Shown here piece by piece: positions 13,082 to 25,200 of a stretch of DNA of 64,000 bases. This DNA is from Leucoraja erinacea. Taxonomy: Eukaryota. How positions within the stretch are numbered: position 1 is the stretch's first letter; each line of letters starts with the position of its first letter. The notes under the pieces were generated by a model that saw only the letters and a list, made by a program, of their open reading frames with translations, had not been told where the DNA came from and did no database searches. The stretch lies in assembly GCF_028641065.1 (NCBI RefSeq), contig NC_073411.1:14136001-14200000 (forward strand), in the 5' to 3' direction. The translations under genes and the position numbers were made by a program.

Positions 13082-13387
13082 NNNNNNNNNNNNNNNNNNN
13101 NNNNNNNNNNNNNNNNNNNNNNNNNNNNNNNNNNNNNNNNNNNNNNNNNNNNNNNNNNNNNNNNNNNNNNNNNNNNNNNNNNNNNNNNNNNNNNNNNNNN
13201 NNNNNNNNNNNNNNNNNNNNNNNNNNNNNNNNNNNNNNNNNNNNNNNNNNNNNNNNNNNNNNNNNNNNNNNNNNNNNNNNNNNNNNNNNNNNNNNNNNNN
13301 NNNNNNNNNNNNNNNNNNNNNNNNNNNNNNNNNNNNNNNNNNNNNNNNNNNNNNNNNNNNNNNNNNNNNNNNNNNNNNNNNNNNNNN
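13082..13387. other. Assembly gap (N run)
   Basis: 306 N. Confidence 1.
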
Positions 13388-13692
13388 GCTGGAGTGACAT
13401 ATGGGGGGTTTTTTTGGTCACCATCTAAGAAATAGATACACAAGAAACTGCAAATGCTGGAATCTGAAGAAGGGTCCTGACCCAAAACTGTCCATGTCTG
13501 TCCATTCCCACAGATGACCAAGATTTAAAAAAAAATCTCTTTCTGCTGACGTTGCCTGACTAGATTTTCCCCGGTAATTTTATATTTATTTTTTTCACAT
13601 TTCTAGCATTTGCAATTAATTCAAACTCTAATCAGTTTTGTGTTGGATGGGTGGCCAGTAAAATACAATCTTGGGTACACATACAGCGATTT

Positions 13693-13696
13693 AAAA
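13693..13696 (-). terminator. Pol III terminator (TTTT) of tRNA-Gly
   Basis: T4 run 4 nt after the discriminator base. Confidence 0.7.
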
Positions 13697-13700
13697 CGTG

Positions 13701-13771
13701 TGCGCTGCCCGGGAATCGAACCCGGGTCGCAAGAATGGGAATCTTGCATGATACCACTACACCAGCAGCGC
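13701..13771 (-). tRNA. tRNA-Gly (anticodon CCC)
   Basis: GCGCTGCTGGTGTAGTGGTATCATGCAAGATT-CCC-ATTCTTGCGACCCGGGTTCGATTCCCGGGCAGCGCA; 7-bp acceptor stem, A and B boxes, complete cloverleaf. Confidence 0.97.
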
Positions 13772-14276
13772 ATGAGCGTAACTCTGGCGCGCGCGCTTTT
13801 AGTGTGGAAAAGGCGCGAGTGACGGTTGTCCGCTCGAGGAGGGAGGCGTCAACTGCCGCTTTGTTTGGATCGTCACGTGTGCGAAATGAAGCTCCAAATA
13901 TATACACACATCTCCTCAAAACATATATCTTTCTTCTCTCCGCTCAATAAACCAGCAAGTCTGAGGTAAATAGAAAAGTAAACCGACATTTAACAGCGAC
14001 TGTGGTAAGATCGAGCTTTTGAAACGGCCGACACGGTCCCAGCTTCACATAAAATTATAGAAAGATAAACAAAACAACCTCTAATCAAATATCTCTGCGC
14101 TAAGTTCTTTGGCTCTAATGGCGCTGCCTTAAAACAAACACCAGAATGGTCAAAGTAATCTCGGGTAAAAGAATAAAATGCTATTTCACAGACCGGCAGA
14201 AAAATTGCAATACGAAAGGAGGATATTCGGCCCATCGAGTCTGTACTGTCACAAGAGAAAAGCAAACCAGTCCTGA

Positions 14277-15095
14277 TAGAAACATAGAAATAGATATTAG
14301 GTGCAGGAGTAGCCATTAGCCTTCGAGCCTGCACCGCCATTCATATGATCATGGCTGATCATTCCAACTCAGTATCCATACCTATTCTCTCAATACAATA
14401 AAACCCTTTAACACACATTAACATCACTCCCTCTGAGTCCACCCATGAACTGGCCTCAACTACCCTCTGATGCAGAGGCAAAAGATTCACCACTCTCTGT
14501 GTGAAAAAAGTTCTTCTCATCTCGGTTTTAAAGGATTTCCCCCTTTGCGCTTGGGGCGAGTCCTGATAGCAAACCAGTCCTAACATCGGGAACCTCATAG
14601 TCCTGATTTTTTTTTCAGATACTTATCCAGCACCCATTATTACCTCTGGTAGATTTATTTATTGAAATCATATTCTATGTCGCTCTTCCAGGGAGATGCG
14701 AACTGCATTTCGTTGTCTCTATACTGTGTTGTACAATGACAATGACAATTAAAGTCGAATCTGAATCTGAATCTGGTAGTTCTGTCTTTTCCATATCCCC
14801 AAAACTTACTGCAATAAAAATAAACTTTTTATGTCACGAGATGAGAAAATAATTTTTCACACAGAGAGTGGTGAATCTGTGGAATTCTCTGCCACAGAAG
14901 GTAGTTGAGGCCACACAGTTCATTGTCTATATTTAAGAGGGAGTTAGATGTGGCCCTTGTGGCTAAAGGGATCAGGGGGTATGGAGAGAAGGCAGGTACA
15001 GGATACTGAGTTGGATGATCAGCCATGATCATATTGAATGGCGGTGCAGGCTCGAAGGGCCGAATGGCCTACTCCTGCACCTATTTTCTACGTTT
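14277..15095. mobile_element. Two oppositely oriented CR1 3' ends
   Basis: FFTQRVVNLWNSLP-type tails; minus 14277-14600, plus 14838-15095. Confidence 0.8.
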
Positions 15096-15120
15096 CTCTG
15101 ATTGTGCCAATCACCTCTTT

Positions 15121-15405
15121 TAGTTTAGTTTAGAGATACAACGCGGAAACAGGCCCTTCAGCCCAACGAGTCCGCGCCGACCAGAAATCCCTGCACACTA
15201 ACACTATCCTACACACACCAAGCCAATGAACCTCCAAACCTGCAAGGTTTTGGAGTGTGGGAGGAAACCGAAGATCTCGGAGAGAACCCATGCAGGTCAC
15301 AGGGAGAACGGACGAACTCTGCACAGACAGCGCCCTTAGTCAGTATTGAATCCGGATCTTTGGCGCTGCAAAGTGCTGTGAGGCAGCAACTCTGCCGCTG
15401 CGCCA
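15121..15405 (-). mobile_element. HE1-type tRNA-derived SINE
   Basis: tRNA-like head, GGTTTCCTCCCACACTCCAAA core, CR1-like tail with (CTAAA)n. Confidence 0.8.
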
Positions 15406-17206
15406 ACGAGTGAATCTTCTGACAAAACAAGCAAGTGTTGTGGTTTGCAATTTGAAATGGAAACTGGGTTTCTCATGCACAGTACCTCAGAAATTCTTTA
15501 ATGGCTGACTTTCTAAAACTACTCTCATCCTGAACAGACCTGGAAGCCCTCTCTATCCATGTACTATCAGCACTCAGACCATGCTGCTGGGTTCCAAGGT
15601 AGGTAGAGGGATCTCGAGCAGCATGGCCCATTATTTCAACACAGAATTCCCATAGCTTGAAGCAACTAATACCAGTCCCAGTAAGGTTCAAACCATCACA
15701 TAAAATGGTTCATAAAATTATAGCACATTCTCTTAGATGCTGTGAGAGAATTTTTATTAATTCATGGAATATGTAAGTGGTGAACCATTTTTTAGTCCTG
15801 TGACTATCCTCGCGGCAAAGGTACTCACATAGTGCTGTTGAGTAATAGGTTTCAGGGTTTAGAAGAACCTGCAATATACTTCCAGATCAAGATAATATGT
15901 GATTTGGAAGGGAACTTGAAGATGGTTGTGTACCTATGCACTTGCCATCCTTGTTCTTTTTGGCAGTAAAGACGATAGGTTTGTGAGGTGCTGTCAGAGT
16001 AGCTCTCCTCTCACCTGTTCATGTAGCCACGGTATTTACTTGGCTAGTCTGATTGAGTTTCTGATCAGTGGTGACCTCAGGATTTTGATACTGAGGAATT
16101 GATATAGACTAGGGGTCATTACTGTGACCTCCTTTCTTGCTCTGCATCATGAATAATGTTGCTTGCAAACTGTATTTCCAGCAGAAATGTATTAAGGAGT
16201 CGGTTCTATTAAATAAACAAATCAAGTGAAGCTAAAGTAATTTGCATTTGCCAGGTCTGCCAAACAGTCCAGAAAAATTGCATGTGCACTACCAGTCAGT
16301 CTTCTCTCATAACAAGCTCTGAAAATTGTGCATCTGCAATGCAGACATCTATATTTAGCACAAGTTCAGAGCAGCAAGGCTATAACAGAGAAGCCTTGAT
16401 AGAAACGCTAATCCACACTAATCCATACATTTAATTTTGTGCTATACATTTACAATCTCACATTCAAACCTATACCCTATAATGTGCTTGTCCACACATA
16501 CAATAGAAATGCATGCATTCATGTTCACACACTGATAAAAATATATAGAAACTCATAAACGTCTCGCCCCAAAACGTATCCAGATCACACAAACATTTTC
16601 ACACACTCACACATATATTTACCCTTACAACAAGGTTTCTCACATATCTCACATTGTAAAGAGTGCGCATTCAACCTGTTTTTACCATCATTTTTACCCA
16701 TGCTTATAAATCAATAATGCATCTCTGGTTAGTGTAATAACATATTTCACCCTCTGGTAACTAACAAACTAGTATATCTATACTTATTTTTATTTGAGAA
16801 AAAGGAATTGTACCATTATTTCTGATAATTATAGGATTTGTATCAGAAAAAGTAAAATTGGATTAAAGGGAGCAATTTATATCATTCATTGATATTCTAA
16901 ATTAAATTAATTTATCAGCAGAATCAATAGGTTTAAAAATAGAGAATAGGTAACTGGGGAGAATAATATTTTTTTAAAGAATCTGAGACGAGGTGAGGAC
17001 ATATCTTTTAATTTTAAGCAATTAGTTGTAATCTAGATTTCACTGCTCTTTAATGGTGGAAGAAGGTTTAATGGAACTTTCAACAGGGAATCAGATAAAT
17101 AACAGAAAAATGAAAATAATTTAAAGGACTAAGGGGAATGAACAGGGGAATGAAACAAGCTCTTCTTAACAGTTGGCTTAGACACCATGCTGAACGACCA
17201 TATTAT

Positions 17207-17345
17207 ATGTGTAGGAAAGAACTGCAGATGCTGGTTTAAATCGAAGGTAGACGCAAAAAGCTGGAGTAACTTAGCGGGACAGGCAGCATTTCTGGAAAGA
17301 AGGAATGGGTGACGTTTCAAGTCAAGATCCTTCTTCAGACTGATG
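17207..17345 (-). mobile_element. Short Penelope-derived element (hammerhead-like core, mutated stem II)
   Basis: Reverse complement AGTCTGAAGAAGGATCTTGACTTGAAACGTCACCCATTCC... through the CAGCATCTGCAGTTCTTTC tail. Confidence 0.75.
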
Positions 17346-18040
17346 TCAGATCATATTATATGATTTTATTCCAAAAGAAAGAACATTCTGAGCATTTTAT
17401 ATTCTAGCATTAGTGCACTAGAGAATGTTTACCAAGACGTGAAGAGGCCTTTTTTCTGTTCTTGAAGCTTTCATAGTTTCTCCAATCAGCTTATGATTAG
17501 TCTTATGGCCTGCCATGAATGCAACATAATTTGAACTAGGTCATTTACACATCAAGGTTGTACTTCCAAACATCTTAAAGGCAGCTAACTGAACCGGAGC
17601 AGGCATTGCTCATGCATATTAGTTTTAATAGGTGTTAAAAACCAATATCAGGCAATTGGTCAAGAAATCATACCAGGAGAATGAGCTCAACCCTGTTATG
17701 AATTAATGTTTGAATAAATTTATTGGCCAAATATGTACATATACAAGGAATTTGCCTTGGTGCTCCGCTCGCAAGCAACAACACGACATACAGTAAACCA
17801 TTAAGAATAAAACATTAAAACTAAAACAGATTATTTATGATATTGAATGGCAGAGAAAGCTCATGGAGTTTTATGGATCTCTCCTATTTTCAATGCTCAA
17901 TTCAATTTTCCTGTGACTTCCTTCCAATGTCACCCTGCCTGCCATACTACTCCAATCACCCCCCCCCCCCCCCACACATATTTGAACATATCTAAACTTA
18001 ACCGCACAACCGCCTCCCCCATCTCCAAAACATGCTCCTG

Positions 18041-18223
18041 CATGTGTACGAAAGAACTGCAGATGGTGGTTTAAATCGAAGGCTGACACAAAATGCTGGA
18101 GTAACTCAGCGGGTGAGAGAGCATCTCTGGAGAGAAGGAATGGGTGATGTTTCTGGTCGAGACCCTTCTACAGACTCCATAGATGCTGCCTCACCCACTG
18201 AGTTACGCCAACAATTTGTGTCT
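18041..18223. mobile_element. Inverted pair of short Penelope-derived repeats with TSD
   Basis: Minus-strand copy followed by a plus-strand partial copy; flanking direct repeat ACATGCTCCTG at 18030-18040 and 18224-18234. Confidence 0.75.
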
Positions 18224-21200
18224 ACATGCTCCTGTATGATCTAAAGCAGGAGAATTAGAATGCCCAAGACCAAAGCCTGTTCTGCATTGTTCTTGGTAAA
18301 ACAATAAACCATATTTGTTGGTCAATATTTCACAAAGTTCCAGATTTTCCTTATATCCCCAAGCCCCCTTGGAAGTCTTGCACTAGTAAATATCAAGGTC
18401 AGAGTTAATGAAAGATGTAAATCAAAACATGAGGTGCTGTTATGTTTCCAGAGACTCAGCAGATGTACGTGGCCTCTTTCGATAGAACATAATTTCTGAT
18501 TTTATTTGGCATAAACTAATTTATTTCTGATGCATAGCAATCAATTGCTTTAAATGAGTTTTAGGTTTGTAAATCTAGTGCAGAATTTGGGAGAACCCTG
18601 TTTAACAAAATGGTGAGAATTTCGCATCTGCAGCAAAGGACATGTGGGAAGAAAAAAAGGGAGGGGGGAAAGTGGGATGGGGGTCTGGGAGCATAAAACT
18701 CCATTAGGGACCATTTCAGTCAAATGGTTTATTTTAGTGTGATTCTATACATCGTGAATCATCCATAAAGGCTTCCAGAGCCGATGTATTTTGTTACTCC
18801 TCCATGTACCTTGAAGGTGTTTGCAAGGTGTCTGGGGGCAAATTGTTTCATATCATTTGAGCCATATCATAAATTAAGTATAAGACAAGAGACTACAATG
18901 AAGTACAAGACAGTGAGAACAAATATTTGTTGATTGCTTTATTTGGCATTAGAAGACAAAAGTTTTTTTTATTGTAGTAGGGTGAAACCATACAGATTTG
19001 AATGATTTTTGTGCAGTGGAACTTTTCCAGTGACCAGTTGATTTTCACATTTAATAAGACCACTATGAGCATGCTGCAATTCCATGGAGATGGATTTTAT
19101 ACCTGTCTTCTTTCACAGCTTAAGGCAATTCCTCTGCGATTAATTCCATAGCTGTTCTTTGCACGCCATAAGATGCATCATGCATTGCAGTCTCAAAAGA
19201 TTATTACAAGTTAATAACATGTTCCTCTCTTCACTTTTTAGCTCAATGACTCCTTGAAGTTTTACACTTTTAGAAATACATTATACAACATTTCTTTCTA
19301 ATTATTTGGCTTATTTGGAATTTTTCTCATCTTCGCATAAATGTTAATCTTATATATAGCAGCAATACATTGATAACAGTCCTGAATATTTATCCTCAAG
19401 GAAAATGTTTTTTGTTAGACCAGGAAGAGAAATTAAAAAGCCACAATCCTAATAGAGTCGGGTATTTTACAAACAAATTTTAGCAGCAAAACTAAACAAA
19501 AGGAGGAGAGTCTAGATGTGTTGGGAGTCAAGAGAACAAAGTACATAGATCCTGTTCAGGCTCTGCATTTGATATCTGGAATTTTGAGAGATTAAAGTTT
19601 ATATCCATGGGAAATTGGCTGTCCAGATTACATGTGGAATAATGTAACAATAACATTCCATAGGACCATATCACACATGTGTATTTACTTTTGCTTCAAT
19701 GGCGGGGGGCTGCCTTCTGCCACATGTGGTGGCAGGCAGAAGATAGGACTGTTCAGTGAACTTGGCGCCAGAAACGTGGCGACACTTGTGTACCGCCGAG
19801 GTGAGGTCTGCTATATGATTTTACTGGGTTGTATGCGAAACATTGCATGTCACTGTACCTTGGTAAGTGTGACAACAACATATCATTGATTTATTTAAAC
19901 TCTCCACACAAGGTGATTGGCAACTTTTTTTCACCTCTTCGTAGTGCCTCATCATATTTTTGCAATTCCTCTTCTGGATTATTTTGATTAATATTTTGTG
20001 TTTAAGGTGAAAGATATTAATATTGGGGAATTCTCCAACAAAAGATTGAAATTACTTAAGTCATAGTCCCCATTACAATCTCCTTACCTCATCCCAACAT
20101 TCTACTGTATTTGTCTGAAATCAAACTAAACTGATTGCACCTCTGTAACATTAGATTTGGCTGGCATCCCACTCTGGAATTCCTCAACGAAGCCTGTCTA
20201 CATCTTTTACCTCCTTTACGATGTTCCTTAAATCTACTATTGTGACTAAGCCGTTGGTAATTTCTCCTTAATCTTTGTGTGGCTCAACAGTGTCTTTGTT
20301 GTTGGATAACAATGCCGTGACCTTTGATGTCAGTCTAAGTTAAAACCAACACTAACAAAGACTTGTCCCAAGCTGATCATTTTTTCTTCCCCCTGCTCCT
20401 GTCAGGCAGAAGATACAGATCCTTGAAAGTGTGCACCACCGGACTCAGGAACAGCTTCTGAATGGTTCTCCCATCTGCTAGGGCACTGTCCGATTCATCC
20501 TCTACCCTACTACAGACATTCGACTGTGGGTCTGCACCTGGTGCACTACAATGCTGAGAACTATACTCTGCACTCTGTATCTTCCTCATTGCTCTACCTA
20601 TTGTATTTGAGTTTGGCTTGGTTGTATTTATGTATAGTATTATCTGATTTGATTGGATACCATGCAACACAAAGCTTTTTACTGTACTTCAGTGTATGTG
20701 ACAATAGTGAACTAAACCTAATTGGAGAACATCAGTGCATATTAAACACTTAGGGCCAACAACAAATACTCTGATCAGATATAGCAAGGAGGCATACATG
20801 GAGTTCTTAGTATTCCAGCAATCAGTACATTTCCATCACTTTTTCTTTTCACTGTCTTGCAGAAGTTATGTGTAATTCTTATTTTTGTATGTGGTTTATG
20901 TGCCTGCGATGGTGCTGCAAGCAAGATTTTCATTGTACCTGTACCTCACTGTACTTGTGCATATGACTATGACCTCGACTTGACTTTGCAGCCTAGCCAA
21001 CCGTGGCTTGTCTGAAGGTAGAGGTTGCAAGGGAGAAGTGGAAGGGTCTGTTTCCTGAGCAAAACTCAAAGTGCTGGAGGAACTCGGCAAGTCAGGCAGC
21101 ATCTGTGGAGGGAATGGACAGACAATGTTTCGAGTCGGGACCCTTCTTCAGATCGGTCTGTTTCTTGCTTGCATTTATTAGAATCTATGTTGGGTTGTGC

Positions 21201-22006
21201 ACCAGGTAGGAGGTTTGATGAAGTATGGCGAAAAAGTCTTAAGACACAGCTATACACTGTGATGGGAGGGGTTGGGGTCAAGGACACGGGCAAGGGTAAG
21301 GCTAGTGGCCTCCCCAATGAACATTAATCAATCTTGCAATGAGGATGAATGTGCATAATATTCAACTTTAAAGTACCCTTCAAAGGGAGTCAGATTTAAA
21401 TTCTAACCCATGCCTTTGAATCTAGGCCACAGAGATGACAATTGACAACAATTCTGTGAAGTACTATAGGACCTCTATATTTAAGGCAAGCTGTTGCACT
21501 ATTGGAATAACTGGTAATCAGGTGAACAACATGAGGCAGAGAGAGAGATCAGGAAAAGGAAGGTCTAATATTTTCAAATGCAGAACAGTCATTGGTACTC
21601 TTCCCAAACAATACTTATTTTGAAAATGTCCACATAAATTATTGCAAATTCTGTTTGTAATAAATAAAGGGTACTGACATAGTTCCAAACATTGACATAC
21701 CTTCAAACTATTAATGATAAATTATAAATATATAATTATCTGAAACAAGACACATCTGGTTAACCCGAACATATATAAAATAATTGTAATTGATTAGAGT
21801 GAACCATATCTTCATACTTTATAGCTAGAATATAATAGGATTACTGAAATGTAATAATCTTGGCTGATTCCTTTTAAGCAGACTGCAAAATATCCTTCCT
21901 GTAAGCTTGAAACTTTATTTTTATGTATTTGTTCTTAGGTTGGGGTGGGGTGCAGGAGATTTCTGAAGTGACTGGAAGGGGAGAGCAGATTGAATGATGA
22001 AAAGCA

Positions 22007-22232
22007 TTAATTCTTGCTCTGCATTTTTCCTGCCTTCTCTTCATTTGAAGACCTGCCCTTCCTCGTGGCTGATGTTTTCTCTGCGCCATCCCCTCCTGTG
22101 GTTTTCCTGATGCCAACAGTGGTAAAGGTCTTTGCCTCAGACAAGATGGTGGAGGAAAAGGTAGGAATCATGAATGCAGGAGTACTGCAACTTACTGTGT
22201 TTAGCCGAGTTTCCTCGCCTTCCAGTAATTTC
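22007..22232 (-). CDS. nif: XNIF-like filament exon 4 (rod end and tail)
   Basis: [11 protein letters not shown]...KMQSKN*, followed by AATAAA at 21919-21914. Confidence 0.88.
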
Positions 22233-25200
22233 CTGAAAAATAAATCAAAATATTAAATTTGATTAAAACGTACAGATTTTTATATGGATTTCCCTTGGTT
22301 TAGGAGTAAAATATATTTTAATGATATCTGATACAAGCCTAGTAAATGTTTGATAGTAACAGATGATGCTTTCAGATTCACATCGTAATTCAAACAGAGA
22401 TGAACAGGGGAGCCAACTGGGGGGGCGGGTATTTGAATATGCCATACTTTCAAGAGAGAGTTAGATATAGCTCTTAGCGCTAAAGGAATCAAGGGATATG
22501 GGGAAAAGCAGGAACGGGGTCCTGATTTTAGATGATCAGCCATGGTCATATTGAATGGCGGTGCTGGCTCGAAGGCCCGAATGGCCTACTCCTGCAACTA
22601 TTTTTCTATGTTTCTATACTGCTTGAATAGGTCTATTTTTCAAATGGAAATTTCACAGATCAACAAAATAAAAGCAATTTGAATTAATCCAGGAATCTAA
22701 ATAAAGCATTTTTGACCGGTCTGAGTCTTGACTGATTCACCCACCTGCTTTTGTCCCCAACTCTATCCCTATCCCTCCCTCAGCACCATCTGCCCCATAT
22801 CCCTCCTTGGTCCATCTATTACCCACTGACCCTGTCTCACTCTTCCCTCTCGTCTCATTACACTGACAATCTTCCCTCTCCACGCTCCATAGTAATGCAT
22901 CTAAAACATCAACAGTTCCTCTCTCCCACAGATGCTGCTGAATTCGTTGAGTTCTTCTAGTAGTTTTTTTTCCCACAAAGCTCATTGCTTGTCTACCAAT
23001 AGCTATTAATATTTATTTTAATATCCCAGTAAATATGATTGCAACAAGCAAATTGTTTCACTGATCATATTGTAAAAGTAATTGGTTCTGGGACAACATC
23101 CACTGCATCTAGCACAGATTTTGTATATTATTTTAAGATTTGATCAAATTAAACATGAAACATCAGTGGATATTGGAATACCATTAATTTTTCCATTAAT
23201 TTCTTAACCATTCTGTTTATCAACATTCTTTTTGTAAAACTTGCATTTGTATAATTACTGCGTGAGAAACAGCTGGTTTGATTAATTAATTCACTGAGAC
23301 ATTCTTACAAAGTTGGCTTTTACCTATATGCAGCTATTTCAATGTCCAGTGCCATCTTGACATTGAGCAAATCTTGGTACTCCCTCAGGTGCTGAGTCAT
23401 TTCATTCTTAGTGGAATGCAGTGCATTTTGAAGTTCATTGATGGCTTCCTGTTGAAATTAAAAGAAACACAGTCAGGCCTTTAGTTTAATTATTTTGGTT
23501 TTTCACACCTACGTATGTGATTTGGCAACAGGTTAACAGCATTTGGCTGAGAACGCTTCTATCAAGGTGCCATTTCTATTCAAAATAAGAAGACTTGGCA
23601 GAGTTTCATTTGCGACCTATTAGCAAAGGGTTAAGATAGAAGCTGCATTTATGATGGAGTTTTCCCATTAGTGAAAGAAAAAAAGACTTGTGAATAGAAC
23701 CAATTTATATATTGAAGACAAAGCTTTAATTCCAAGGCAAGATGGCTGCATCATCAGGGTCCATGATGCAGTATCAAATGTATGTGATGTGTACTTTAAG
23801 TGTGCAATAAGACATCATCTATAATTGCAAAATATGCCATTAGAAGATGATGAGGTTTAAATTATGCACAGCCAAAGAGGACATTAGGACATGCAAGGTG
23901 GATTTTAAGGAATGTTTTAGAGGAGAAGAAATCAAGGGTTTAATTAAAGAGAAATGTTTGGTGCATTGAGTGCCCTGGAAGTGATGGGAGGCACAACAGT
24001 GCCATGACATCAAGAAAAGAGAGTAGAGGGGTGAGCTATTGGGTTAGATGTATTCATAGAGGTAGGACTGTAAAGTAAAGGGTCTGAGGGATGGGAGGCT
24101 GTTGTCTTGATGGTGAACCTTGCCGCTGAATACTTGGTGACTACCTGCAGGTTGTTGATCTCCGCATTGTGTCTGTCCTCCATATCCAGCATTTGCTTCT
24201 CTAGAGACTCGTTGGTGCATTTGACAGCTTCGATTTCAATGTTCCGTGATTGCAGTTGGCGCCGGTACTCGGTAATCTCCTCTTTGGCTGCTCGGGCAGC
24301 TTCGTTACCGCGGGCTGCATTCTCCGTGAAGTTGGCGAATTTTGATTTGTACCATTCTTCCGACGTCTGCTGGTTCTTTATGGCGATCACCTCATACTGG
24401 GACCTGATTTCTTTCAGAGCAGCTGTCAGATCCGGCTTGCTCACATCGACCTCCACTGTTACCTGGAGTTGGAGGTTAGATCGTAAATTGAGATTGCATG
24501 ACTTGGAAACATAAACCACTGCACCATTTTCCAATGGCGAGTTTTGCCTGAATGCAGCATTTTGACTGCAGTATGGAAAGTACATGCGTTGGCATATCCA
24601 GATTCAAATTAACATCAGGAGATAAACAACCAGACTCATCCTCCTAATGCACCCATCACTGACTCTAAACATTTTGATTCACATTGCAGTATTTGTTATG
24701 TTGTTAGATATTCTATAATTTAGACTCACTATTGTCTAATAACCAAATCTCACTCATGAGAATGGCTCATTGGCTGAACCTCCAGGAATCTATATAAAGC
24801 ATTTTTGACCGGTCTGAGTCTTGACTGCTTCACCCACCTGCTTTTGTCCCCCAACTCTATTCCTACCTCTCCCTCAGCACCATCTGCCCCATATTCCTCT
24901 TTGGTCCATCTATTACCCACTGACCCTGTGAATGGGCTGGAGGTTACCCAGGAGGACGGCATTACAAAATGGATGCAGGAGCATTGATGGTTCCTCGTCA
25001 TTCAATTGAAGGTGATCACAATGAGAATAATCTAATCCCAAACCTTTTCAGACAGCGAGTCCAATTCATATTAGCTAGCATTGTAACTCTGAATGTGTAG
25101 AAGAGTCTTGTTCATTTCTTATAAACAATGATTCAGACTGTATTTGGAATGACGGAGGGGAAAAAAAAAATCGCATTTTCGACAATATGAATCAACTCTA

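Noticed and set aside
13003-13521. ORFs spanning X residues
   Set aside because: They cross the assembly gap.
15473-15691. 72-aa ORF and short hairpin CCATGCTGCT...AGCAGCATGG
   Set aside because: No recognisable homology or partner exons, and only 10 perfect base pairs.
22779-22798. TCAGCACC REST/NRSE half-site in filament introns (also about 24873)
   Set aside because: The right half-site GGACAG is absent and the motif lies in a repeat-derived duplicate.
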